The position numbers and the translations under genes were made by a program. From Hormiphora californensis (taxonomy: Eukaryota > Animalia > Ctenophora), in assembly GCA_020137815.1 (NCBI GenBank), contig CM035361.1, forward strand, positions 620,001 to 684,000: a stretch of 64,000 nucleotides of DNA. Direction: 5' to 3'. Under the pieces are notes generated by a model. It did no database searches, was not told the origin of the DNA, and was given only the letters and a program-made list of their open reading frames with translations. Position 1 is the first letter of the stretch, and every line of letters begins with the position of its first letter. Shown here piece by piece: positions 26,801 through 38,100 of this stretch.

Positions 26801-27919
26801 CATGAACATCTAAGAAGTCTCCAGAGAGGTCTCTTAGAGCTCTAAGAGTCCTCTCTGGATCTCTGAACGCTGCTATAGAACTCTATGGGTCTTTATGGCC
26901 CTTCAAGGGGACTCTATGAACCTCTGTAGACTGCTATGTACGTATATGGGCCTCTATGGGCCTGCAGAGGCCTTCATGGGCCTCTAAGGGTCTCTATGGC
27001 CACTTATGCACCTCTTTTGACATCTATGGGCCTCTATAACAACAAAATCAACAACAAAGGTCACATGGAAAGACCCCAGAAAGGCATAAAATGAAGTCTT
27101 ATCCAATATGCGCTGGCAAGCCACGCATTCCCTGCTATGGCATATTTGGCATGTCCTGTTATGGCATCTTCGGTCACTAGGGTGCATCTAAGGTAGAAAC
27201 AAGTCATTCAGAAGAGTCATCAAGCTAGTTTGGAACTCATAACATCGTCCAAAGGTTGAAATACGTCAAAATGGAAGTTGTACTTCCCGCGCGCCTGGCT
27301 AATTACATAAGTAGCGTGTGACTTACTTGACTTATGGCGGCCGGAGAGGTCGAGTAGCAATGAACGATCTCCAGTTATCCCGGTTGCACATAAGTTCAAG
27401 CATTTCGTTACTGTTATCACACACCCCGTCCAGGTCTTGTAATAGGACATCTGGGAAGGTTAGTAACGGGCGGCCACGCCGCGCCTGTCCATGAGCTGGT
27501 TTCCACATAAGTAGTTCATGTCCCACTAGGTCATCGTGTCTAGCAAGGTGCCCAGCCATTCTCAGTCTCTGGTTTCTAATCTTCTCAGTTACACGAGGGA
27601 TATCTTGGAAAACCACGGCATTTGACACTCTGTCCGCACACCAGCGTGTGATTAGCCTAAATGACTTCCGATTTCAAAAAAAATTTGGGAAATTGCTTTT
27701 CTCACTAAACCTCACACCTAAAAAAAAGTTAGAGTTGCTACTTCAAAAATTTTTTAAAAATGGATAATTTGGAGCACCCTACCTGTTTTGATCCTCTTTC
27801 TGGGAAGATTTAGTTTCTTTCCATGATTTCTGAGAGTTTTTGGTTATATTTTTGCTCGCCGCTGATAAGGCTTTCCGGTGAAGCTGTTCGATATTCAGAG
27901 TCTTTCTTTCGGCCATCAT
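23864..27919 (-). CDS. Pro/Arg/Gly/His-rich low-complexity protein with two PAM2-like motifs; exons 27919-27783 and 25895-~23864; 3' connection uncertain
   Basis: The ~2-kb open exon contains RLNADVAEFVPR, GINVFSKEFIPR, RGRG boxes and PQGRFDS repeats. It joins the upstream exon in frame (…EDQN-R-SYDK…) across the transposon intron. Candidate donor GTG|gtacgt at 23864. Confidence 0.75.
25903..27781. mobile_element. Foldback hAT-type non-autonomous transposon (TIR TAGGGTGCTCCAAATTATCC, ~600-bp arms) with 8-bp TSD CCTGTTTT; coincides with a predicted intron at 25896-27782 (minus strand)
   Basis: TSD at 25895-25902 and 27782-27789. Arms 25903-~26500 vs ~26845-27321 plus 27652-27781. Degenerate GGCCCATAGAGG-type repeats in the centre. 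Confidence 0.92.
27322..27642 (-). mobile_element. 5'-truncated RTE-like LINE 3' end inserted in the foldback arm, TSD AGCGTGTGA
   Basis: Translation RNQRLRMAGHLARH...LLMWKPAHGQARRGRP...NRDNWR is typical of RTE ORF C-termini. TAAGTCAAGTAAG tail; 9-bp TSD at 27313-27321 and 27643-27651. Confidence 0.85.
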
Positions 27920-28157
27920 GGGTGTTTGGGTTGCTAAGGAGAGAAAGATTAGGTGGTTTAACACAGGATGTAAAGCAACATAAAAATTCGTTGCTGCATA
28001 AAAATCGTTCTAAACCTCACAAATGTTGTTGATTTTCTATTATTGTTGGTAAAACTTTTCCGAACACGTTTGTAACTTCCAAACTCCAAACATGCATGTC
28101 CACTATTGACTACATAATAGTACATGTACATGTAGTACATATATGTATGTATATATA

Positions 28158-28322
28158 CAGTCGGACCCCGATTTACCGGGCTCCGATTTACCGGGCGGAT
28201 AATCTTCCCCCAAAATAGAAAATTAACAATATTTGACCCCGATATACCGGGCACCCCGATTTACCGGGCAAACCCCCCCCCCCCCCCCCCCCCGAGCATC
28301 CCGGTAAATCGGGGTCCGACTG
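28158..28322. mobile_element. Tc1/mariner-type MITE copy
   Basis: TA-CAGTCGGACCCCGATTTACCGGG...CCCGGTAAATCGGGGTCCGACTG-TA. Confidence 0.88.
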
Positions 28323-28728
28323 TATATACATAGGGGTGATTCAAAAAGGACGTCCGTGATTTTTGGTTATTTTTGTCAAAAATGGGATACCTCCCCCCTC
28401 CCCTACCCCTGGACGTCCTTTTTGAATCGCCCCATATAACATTCGAACCCGATTTTAGGTTGAGTGATTGAATCACTCAACCCGATATATCGGGTATCAT
28501 TGTTGTTCAAAATTTTATATTTGTGGGGTTTAGAATGCCCAATGAGGAAAATGACATAGAAACTAAGTCAAAAAATTTTTTTTGCTAAAAAGAAAATGAT
28601 AATCAAAACATGTTCACGAAATATAAAACAGCTTGTTTTTCATGGTCTCACCAGTCACTCGACTTCTGAAATGTGATATATCAATCATCATTCATCAGGT
28701 GACCAAAATGTTTCAATATTATAAAAAC

Positions 28729-30141
28729 TCAATTTTTTGAAAACTTTACAACACTTCTATTACTGAAAGCAAATCGTTCACTTATATATGGGCAACTTGT
28801 CAAATCCAACTTTTCCAAGTTTTCTAAGTTGTCAATTAAGTACATACTCTCTTCTTCGGTGATGCTGCATCCTTTCAGGGAAATGTAAGTGAGAGAAGTA
28901 ATCTCTGCTATAGGCTTGAACTTTGAAGTCAATGCAGCATCCGCCCTTAAATGATGGTCATCGTCTAAGAAATATCTATCTGCGACCAGCGTCAATAAGT
29001 TTTCTAGCTGTACCAGGCATCCGAAGTCAGGCTTATTATTACGTCCATAATAACTTAAGTCATAAGCATTGCGTGAATTGCAAGAAATATCAAGATAATT
29101 AATATTTTTGCTGAAACTTGTAAGAAGCCCGAGAGAAGTTATTTTTGAAAGTGGGTACATACTAAAAAAATTAGTTATACTCCATTGCAGCGTAACACGC
29201 TCAAGGTTTGGTGCAGACTGAAAAAAATACTTCAAATCATCCCAACAAATTCCATTGTCATTTCCATCTTCATAACTATTAGTCTCAGTACACTTGAATT
29301 CTTTCAAAGAAGCAAGGCAGATGTCATCTTGTCTCTCCATGTAAATATACTTAACTTCCAGGTACTCAAGAGTGTTTTGGAACTTTAAAATAATGTCATT
29401 CATTGGAGGAGCATAATCCAAAAGTTCATGATCCCAGGGATCCCATCTCGTAAGAGAAAGCTTTTTTAGTTCATCAATAGAAATAATTAGGTCTGGCTCA
29501 ATATCAAGAGCCTTGCAGATTAAAACGTTAAGATTAGGAACATTTGATATAGTTTTTTCCAAGAGTGTTGTATTAGAGAAGCATGAGCTATTGATAATGG
29601 ACACTTCTTCCAAGGAATAAATCGGAGCACGAAAAAGTTCTAACATACTTGTTATGTCATCACTGACGAACCAAAACTCAAGTGATTTCAGTGTACCACT
29701 TGGGAAAATTTCGTTTAAAATTAAATCACAATACATCTGATGACAATCCATATAGGCGAAAACAAGCTTTCGAACTCCGTTTTGAGCCTTCTTAACTAGA
29801 AACTGAGCTGCTTTAAAATTAAAAGAAATCGAAAATGGTCGACTTAGATCTAGTATGCTCTGCAGTTCACGTTCCCGTTCACATCGGAATTTTTCACCGA
29901 GGACACACGAATGGAAGACTAATGTCTTGGTTCTGGAAGAAAGAATATTGTTAGAAACACCCCTCCATCGATGGGATACCGCACCGCACTGAGCAAAATC
30001 CTGAATACGATCCAGGTATCCCATAACATCTGATAATATCTCGATTGGAAGGGACTCAATGGTTGTTTCACTGTTAAAAGATTCGGAATGGGGTTCCTCC
30101 AGGTTTTCACAAGGCGGCAGATCCTCAGTTTTACAGGCCAT
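28729..30141 (-). CDS. Intronless F-box/leucine-rich-repeat protein (~470 aa)
   Basis: F-box IESLPIEILSDVMGYLD...CGAVSHRWRGV and C-terminal LRRs (LTYISLKGCSITEE, LEKLDLTSCPYIS). ATG at 30141 is directly preceded by a pyrimidine-rich CAG. Confidence 0.85.
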   Translation of the reverse strand: MACKTEDLPPCENLEEPHSESFNSETTIESLPIEILSDVMGYLDRIQDFAQCGAVSHRWRGVSNNILSSRTKTLVFHSCVLGEKFRCERERELQSILDLSRPFSISFNFKAAQFLVKKAQNGVRKLVFAYMDCHQMYCDLILNEIFPSGTLKSLEFWFVSDDITSMLELFRAPIYSLEEVSIINSSCFSNTTLLEKTISNVPNLNVLICKALDIEPDLIISIDELKKLSLTRWDPWDHELLDYAPPMNDIILKFQNTLEYLEVKYIYMERQDDICLASLKEFKCTETNSYEDGNDNGICWDDLKYFFQSAPNLERVTLQWSITNFFSMYPLSKITSLGLLTSFSKNINYLDISCNSRNAYDLSYYGRNNKPDFGCLVQLENLLTLVADRYFLDDDHHLRADAALTSKFKPIAEITSLTYISLKGCSITEEESMYLIDNLENLEKLDLTSCPYISERFAFSNRSVVKFSKN

Positions 30142-30342
30142 CCTGAGAAGAGAAAGATTGTGTGATCGATGTAAATGTAAATTATGCACTTATCCCACTC
30201 AATAGTGAATATATACCCAGAAAAATGGTGCCAACGTACTCTCTAAAGTATCACTTTCTCGAGTTAACTTATGACCAGAGTGCTGGAGAGTGGGCCGTGG
30301 GGCTGTCCAGCGCGGTGAGGCGTGACCGACCTGAGCCCTGAA

Positions 30343-31700
30343 TATCATCATCATCATCATCAATTAACATTTAATATACCGCTTTATAGCATATTGGTAA
30401 GATATCACTTAAAAAAGAAAAAACTTAACGGATACCTTCCTGCTTTCAAAAGCGGTTTTACTCTATTTGATCAATAAATTAGAGTCCATGAGCTAGTAGT
30501 GTTTATACAAATGTTCAAGTGTCCCTTGGTGCTTCTAACACCCTCTTTCCACGGATTATGAAGTGGGTTCCAGGGGACTGCTTTACCTTCTCCTTCAGTT
30601 CAACAACAAGCTTTTTCCGTTCATTCCGTTCTTCTACTGTTCTATCAGGAGATATAAAGACTTTGCCAAACTTGTCGTTCCCTTTCAGCAGGGATTTCTT
30701 CGACAGGATTGAAATTTGAGCTTCTCTGCTCCTCAGCACAACTTTCACAGGTCTTGCCGATGAGGACTGCTTTCCCAAGCGCTCGGCAGATTGCACTTTC
30801 GGAGCCTCTTCAAGCTCACCAAAAAGAGACTTAATTTGAGTTTCAAGCTTCTCACCATTTACATTGTCTTTCAACTCTTCCAATCCATGGATGATGATGT
30901 TACACCCACGGTCCTCCGATGCTGCCACGATTGCCGATTGAATCTTCTTTGGAGCCAGGGCCGAGGCACACTCCTTCTCCAAAACGGCTGCAAAGCTCTT
31001 CATTTCCTGTTGTGCTGTTGACTGCACAGCTGTTATCTCAACCTCCCTCTTCTCAAGTAATTGCCTCTGGATTTTCAGGAGCTCCTCTTGTGCAGCCACT
31101 AGATTTCTTTGGGTTTTTATGAGCTCTGTACTGTGTATTTTGAGCTCTTTCTCCAGCTGGTTTATCCTCAAGGTTTCGCAACCCACTGCTAACAACTCTT
31201 CAGTAACTGGGAAGGTCTGTTCCATAAGAATACGGCATGCATCCTCCACAAGGTCTAAAAGCACTGGCTTGGTCAGTGCATTGAGTTTGGTCCTGGAGGG
31301 GACCTTCAGATCATTCCAAACTTCCGCTGTCTGTGGTCCGTACTGCTGCACTCTGTTCGGGTTTATTTCACCGAACCCACCGGTTAGGGTTAATACCTCG
31401 CTTACCCACTCCACGGTTTGTTCTTGACAGTATCGGACGTGTTCTTCTTCCACATCTGTTTCCCGCAGGTAGGTCCGTGTATCAAGTTCATCATCAGAGC
31501 TTTCCATCTTCTTGCTGCCCTCTTGGGCTCTTACATAGACATTTGCTGAAACTCAAATTAATTTGTTTAAAGTAGTGTTGAAAAGTTTGAAACTTTCCGT
31601 GTTTGCTCTTGGCAAACGTTGGTGGCCTCCGATAGCGCGGGATAAGGCAGCTCTTTTCAATGTTTGCTGTTGGCCTATGCTACAGGCTTAGAAGCCGTGG
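30343..31700 (-). mobile_element. LINE ORF1-like gene (ORF 31507-30515) followed by a short 3' UTR and (TGA)n tail, with no ORF2
   Basis: Coiled coil plus the motifs NIIIHGLEE, RLGK....RPVKVVL and VFISPDRTVEER, typical of CR1/L2-type ORF1p. (ATC)n at 30345-30362. 5' boundary uncertain. Confidence 0.7.
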
Positions 31701-32169
31701 AAAACGCGCGCACTTGGGGTCTGCAGCGCATGCCAATGTTTGCTGGATCCTCGAGATTTTGTTTGCTCGGAATTTGGAACAAAAAAAATCAAATTCAACA
31801 AAACAAAACAAATAAAATAAAATAAATAATGAAAATTGAATCGCGCGCGTGTTAAACGCGCAAATTATAAACGCGCAATAAGAATCACAATTTCACGCTC
31901 GCTTGGAACAATGCAATTTTCCAAATAAACAACAAATGCCTAAATACAAATACAATGCAACTCTGGCCTCATGGAATCCTTAGAATGATATGTATTTCCA
32001 CTGTCTGGAGCCACGACCCCATCTGAGAGTCAAATCGGGGTCTGGCGCCGCCAGACAGTATTTCTACGAGCCAGAGACCAGAGTTTAACTAAAAACTCTC
32101 GTAGCCAGATCCTTGAGTAAGGTTGGTACAATGTACATGAATGATATGCATGATACAGATTGTTGTAGG

Positions 32170-35100
32170 TCACCGGGATTGCTTTTCAATTCAAGGGGTA
32201 GAGAATGCACCGGCACGTATACAGCTGCTAGTGACTCACTAAGTGAGGTATGTTTATACCGAGGCCAACAACTATAATAGTTGTACAGTCAGACTTCGAT
32301 TTACCGGGATGCTCGGGGGAAAAGGTTTTGCCCGGTAAATCGGGGTGCCCGGTAATACCGGCGGTATTCATTGACTCTACGACTATAATAACGCTTGTCC
32401 ATATAACTATGATGGCTCATAAAATCTATCAGCCAGAGTTTTAGGCCACTAGGCCTAGGCGGAGGCCAGGCTACAACTCTGGCTCATAGAATTAGAAATG
32501 TGATCCTATTTGAATTATAGATGCAATTTCATTGAGCCAGAAAAAGTCACCTTTTTTCTGGCAGATCCGCTCGCTTAGGGGCGAAAAAGGACGTCCAAGG
32601 GTAGGGGGAGGGGGGAGGTAGCCGATTTCGGACATCTCTGGACAAGGGGGGGGGGGGTGACGAAATTCGGACTGTCCGAGGTTTTGAAGAAAAATTTTAC
32701 TGATTTTACTAGATATAGGTGGACAAAAATCATGGACACCCTTTTTGAAGGCGTTCATGAGCTCATGAGAATGTAGCTTTATAAGTACTGTGGTTTTATC
32801 AATCACGGGGCACGGAATTCATTATATCAGAATGATTCCCATTGTGAATCTCACCATGCTGCATGTCTCGTACATTATTATGTAACAGTTTTACGCTTTT
32901 TAACTATATCCACTCGCGAGACGTGTGTGTGCATGTGTGAGAGGGATGCATAAAACGATCGATATAATAATGGGAGAACGATACTGATCGTGCTTGACAG
33001 GTGTGTCCTATCATAGATCTATATCTCCGGTTGAAATTAATTGAAACTGTTCTCACCTCTCGTTATGTATAGACTTCTTTTAATTTTATACGTGTGAGTT
33101 TCTCAAGTTTACCCTTGTAATTAATTTAATGGTGACCAACAAAACTGAAAACCTGAGCACACTAGCTGATTATATGATCCTCACAAATATTATGCTTGTA
33201 TAACCTAGTACTAGCTAGTAACATGGATACAGCAGTCTTTTCTGGATTTCACGATTCCCACCGGCGACCAGGTACCTATTTTAAAAACTTCTAATAGAAG
33301 TTCTATACGACACTGTCAGGCACATTGCACTGATCTTTGTTCACTTTATGAGAGGAGTGAGTGGTCAGGTATCGCGCTGAAAGATACTTAGATAGGTACA
33401 ACGGTGTGCAAATTGTGCCACAGTTATTACTCCCCGCAGTGGCGCAGTGCTATGAAAGCATTCAAGAACCGACCGAAACAAGTAAACAACCAATCAGAAC
33501 TCGTTATTTAGCTCACGTGACTGGTTATCAGCCAATCAGGGACCAGTATTTCCTGATTCGGTCGGTTCCTGAAAGCATTATTTAACCTCTGTTACAGGTG
33601 TACATTTAGTTGAATACAAGTACGAGCTGGCTAAAAAGCTCACCACGATCCGATCCCACTTCAACACCAAAATAGATGGGGTACGTGTTATAGTAGCTGC
33701 AAGGCAGCTTCTGCAAAGTGTACAGCCGGTCACTCTGGCATGAGTGCCAAGTGTTCGATAGTTTACTAATTGTCATTTTGTCATTTACTAATTGATTGCA
33801 GTATAAGCACGTCAATCTAAATCATTCAACCCATCCCTCCCCCGATCTGGCCACATAATAATCCAGCTGTTTCACTGCAGTACCCCCTGATCCCCATTGT
33901 AGGACCCAACTCGGCTGGCGCATGTGTATAACGAGCTGCTCTTTAAGATGGATACCCTACCTGTCTTCCTGAAACCCATTGTGCTAAATCTGGTCGGATT
34001 CATTGAGTGTACTCTAGGTCGAGGTAGGTATAGTTTAGTGACTTGGCCCATCGAGATCGCCCGATCAGGTCTAACGTGGTGGTCCAACCACTGGAAGATT
34101 CGCTGTTTTACAAAGAACTTCTGTTGGGTAATCTGAATCACACTTTAGCTGTGATTCACAGCTAAAGTGTGTGTGAATTAGTGGAATGAAATAAGCAAAT
34201 GAGTCTGGATTATTATTCAAATAGATCATGGAGTCAGTGCAAATTAATTAATTGACCAATATCAACAGATAAGAACGGATTAAAATGTTTTACGGCTGCT
34301 AAAAAGCTGGATGAGGGCAATTTGGTGTCGTTGGGGAACTTAGCACACGTGGCTCTCCGGGACAACAAATTTAGTGTGGTAATTGCTTTTATGTGTTAAT
34401 AAAAACAATTTTTTTCTTCTTTTGCCTTTGTGTTAATCAAAACTTATATATTAACAAGGTTAGTGCATTTTGCTATCAGCTCGATTGCTATGATACGGCA
34501 TGGTGGTATAACCGTAAAGCAATCGAGCTGATATTGATGTCAAAAGCGTGATCAAATTCCCCTCCCCCCATCAAGGTTGAATCCCTGTTGGACATCTTAT
34601 CAAAACCAGTGGATAAAAGGAGAGAGAGCATGACATGTGCTGAGTTTGGGCACCTCTACCAATGGTTTGGTCTCAATAACGCAGCACTCCATGAGTACCA
34701 ACGTGCAATGAGGTAGGGTATAACAGCAGTCACGTGACAGTCACGTACCTAAAAGTAGGTAATATAATCACGTGACGCCGCACTCCATGAGTACCAACGA
34801 CTAACCTCATTGCACGTCGGTCCGACGTGCAATGAGGTTAGTATTATTATAGTCTGATCTGCTAGTGCTTGCTTGACCCCGTTTCCTCCCGCCCCGGTTT
34901 GAACAAAACTTAAGTCGGACCCTTATTTCATAAACTGGCAATCCTAACCTTTTGCCTTTCATGAACTGAATTCTAACCCGCAACATATCATTTCAGTTTG
35001 GATTCTGATAACTGGGCGGCTGTGTATGGTACGGCAGTGGTCATGTACGAACTCTCTAAACATGAATCCCGAGTGTGTGGTTTTAAGTAAGTCAAGTTAG

Positions 35101-38100
35101 TTAATTAATTAAACACATATGTCCACCAATCCGGCTTTCTCTCATAGAACTTATTGAGTAATCCCATTAATGGGGTGCCATTCAGTTAGAGTTACTCATT
35201 AATCAACAACATAGAACAGAATATAGCAAATACATTTGCTATATTCTGTTCTATGTTGTTGATTAATTAATTTAAATGATAGCATATGAAAGGTCCCTGA
35301 TAACAACAGGAATGAACCGGGACGGGATATTCCATTTACAGCTAGTCCTAGTCCAATATATAACCTCTCTTGCAGATATTTGAACAAGTCGATGGACCTA
35401 TTCAAAAGACTCCTAACTGAGTTCCCTGACATGACCTTGGCAAGGATCTACGAGGGTAAAGCCCGGAATCAGATGATAACCATGGTGATTCCTGATGGGG
35501 ACAGTGACGAACAAACTGACAGGATTTTTACTCAGGTGAGGGCCGGGTCTTCACTATAATAATACTGAATGCTGATATCACTTAGTGATCACGCCAAAAT
35601 GATCATATCAAGTGAAATCAAAAGCAACTTGGCACCTGGCAGCGATCCCCTATAATAGATGTACTCTCCAACCTAATTGTTGTCTATCACTCCTTGGCAG
35701 CATTATACTCATCACAATTTTATCTTACTAATCAGGTGATGGAGACGGATTGTGCCCCAGAGATTCTGTGTATGATTGGAGAGGAGTATATGAGGATGGG
35801 AGTACTGGAGGGAGAACCATGCGCCATGTCCATATTTAGGTATACACCGTCGAATACACCGTGCTGTATTGGGGCAATGTCCATATTTGGGCATACTTTA
35901 TATATAATGGGGGCCATGTCCATATTTAGGTGTACACCGTCGAATACACCGTGCTGTATTGGGGCTATGTCCATATTTGGGCATACTTTATATATAATGG
36001 GGGCCATGTCCATATTTAGGTGTACACCGTCGAATAATGTGTGCTGTATGGGGGCTATATGCCATATTTGGGCATAATTTATACACCGGGGGCCATGTCG
36101 ATATACAGTCGGACCCCGATATCAGGCACAACCCTTTCCTCCCGAGAATCCCGATAAATCGAGGTCCGACTGTATAGGCATTATATGCTCACCATGATCA
36201 TGAATCTAATCTAGATATCCTTATCAGTCGAGCGCTGGAGAAACGTAAGAATTCCCGAGTGTATCATTTACTGGGGATGGCAATGAGGGCGACTTACTTC
36301 AGACACAATCCAGATATGCTGGATATCTATAAACAAGGTACAGTCGGACCCCGATTTAGGGACACCCTCGGGGGAAAGGCTCTTGTCCACTAAATCGGGG
36401 TGTCCACTAAATCGGGGTCCGACTGTATAGTAAAATATTGATCGAATTCGAAGTTATAGTTCTGATTAGTAATCTGTCCCAATTAACCCTTGCTCCGCCT
36501 GCTCACATTTCGTGATCTGCTTTGAACTAGCAGAGGGTCTCATGAGACTGCAGTGAGTAAAGACAATAATTGGTTAATCTAATACAGTCGGACCCCGATT
36601 TACCGGGATGCTCGGGGGAAAGGGTTTTGCCCGGTAAATCGGGGTGCCCGGTATATCGGGGTCAAATACTGTTAATTACCAATTTCGGGAGAAGATTATG
36701 CTCCCGGTAAATCGGGGTCCGACTGTACTACCGCTCAACTCTTCTTGATCTTATAACAGGAACCTTCATGAAGCAAAAGACATCCCTCAACCTGATGGCG
36801 GTGGCATCAGCTCAAGACCCATCAAAGAATAAGATCAAAGCGCAGAAAAAGAAATCATCCAAAGATATGGATCCTCTTGTTGAGGTAAAGTAATTGTATT
36901 TTAGGAACCGACCGAAACAAGTAAACAACCAATCAGAACTCGTTATTTAGGTCACGTGACTGGTTATCAGCCAATCAGGGACCAGTATTTCCTGATTCGG
37001 TCGGTTCCTGTTGTATTTGTTTCACGTTTGTTTGTTAGTGCTGCGTCTAGAGGATGACCTGCCGGAAGGTAACAGCGGCCGCTTTTATTTGATGATGATT
37101 TGTCAACATCCTTTGTCCTACTAATTGTTTCCTAATTTTAGCCTAGCTGATGATCAGGAACCGACCGAATCAGGAAATACTGGTCCCTGATTGGCTGATA
37201 ACCAGTCACGTGACCTAAATAACGAGTTCTGATTGGTTGTTTACTTGTTTCGGTCGGTTCCTGCTGATGATATATTTGAAATTGTTGTCACACACAACTC
37301 CCCACTGTCAAATATGCTCTGCCAGACTCCCCATATCTTACAGGCGGATACACCGGCAGAAGTGGTGGCAGTACCGGTGGCACCTACTATTCAACTGAAT
37401 ACAGTCATCGAAACATTCTCAACTGCAGGTAACCATGGTAACCATGCATTTCAGATAACCATGGTAACCATTATGCAGGCCATGTGGCCACGTCGATAAC
37501 GTTTTTTCCAATAAATAGCTGTCTAGACGATTACATAATTGACCACCTACAAACTAGGATTAGTTAGGAACAGGATTACCTATGATTATTGGATAATTTA
37601 TTGTAGGATATTTTACCGCACTCTCAAAACAATTTCAGTTAAATTAAGTAGAGGGGCAAACAGAGAAGCAGTTTTTGACTTGGCAGAGATTCTGTGGTTA
37701 GCAGGGGAGAAAACACGAGCAGTCACAAACTTTGAACTAGCAACTCAGTCGGAAAATGTGATAATTCAAGTGAAGGCTCATTTGAGGCTCGCTCATGCTT
37801 TCTTGGATAACAATGATCTGGACCAGGTAATTAATTAATTAATTAACAGGTTAATTAATTAGAAATTTAATAACTGATCATAAATCTTACACTGCAGTCC
37901 CCAGAAACACATTTTTCTTTCTTTTCTCCATGCGTCTTCCCGACCGTTTAATCAATGCATATGTATTACTGCCTAGTATAGCTAGACTCTGTTTCGTGCG
38001 CCCCGAAATCCTTCTTTACAAATGTAAAGGAGGGTTAGAACATAACAATGCATTTATTCGTTTTTCAGGCTGAGTATCACCTGGGGATTGTGATACGACT

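Noticed and set aside
26155-27187. Twin 67-aa Cys/His-rich ORFs on opposite strands
   Set aside because: Mirror translations of the foldback arms; no transposase motifs.
35531-35738. TCAGGTGA repeated at both ends of an intron, a possible second introner
   Set aside because: No TIRs, and CAG|GT at both junctions is expected from the splice consensus. Similar 7-bp matches occur at other ordinary introns here.
37264-37290. CTGATGA...GAAA resembling a hammerhead core
   Set aside because: CTGATGAT is the TSD of a MITE; no stem I or II can form.
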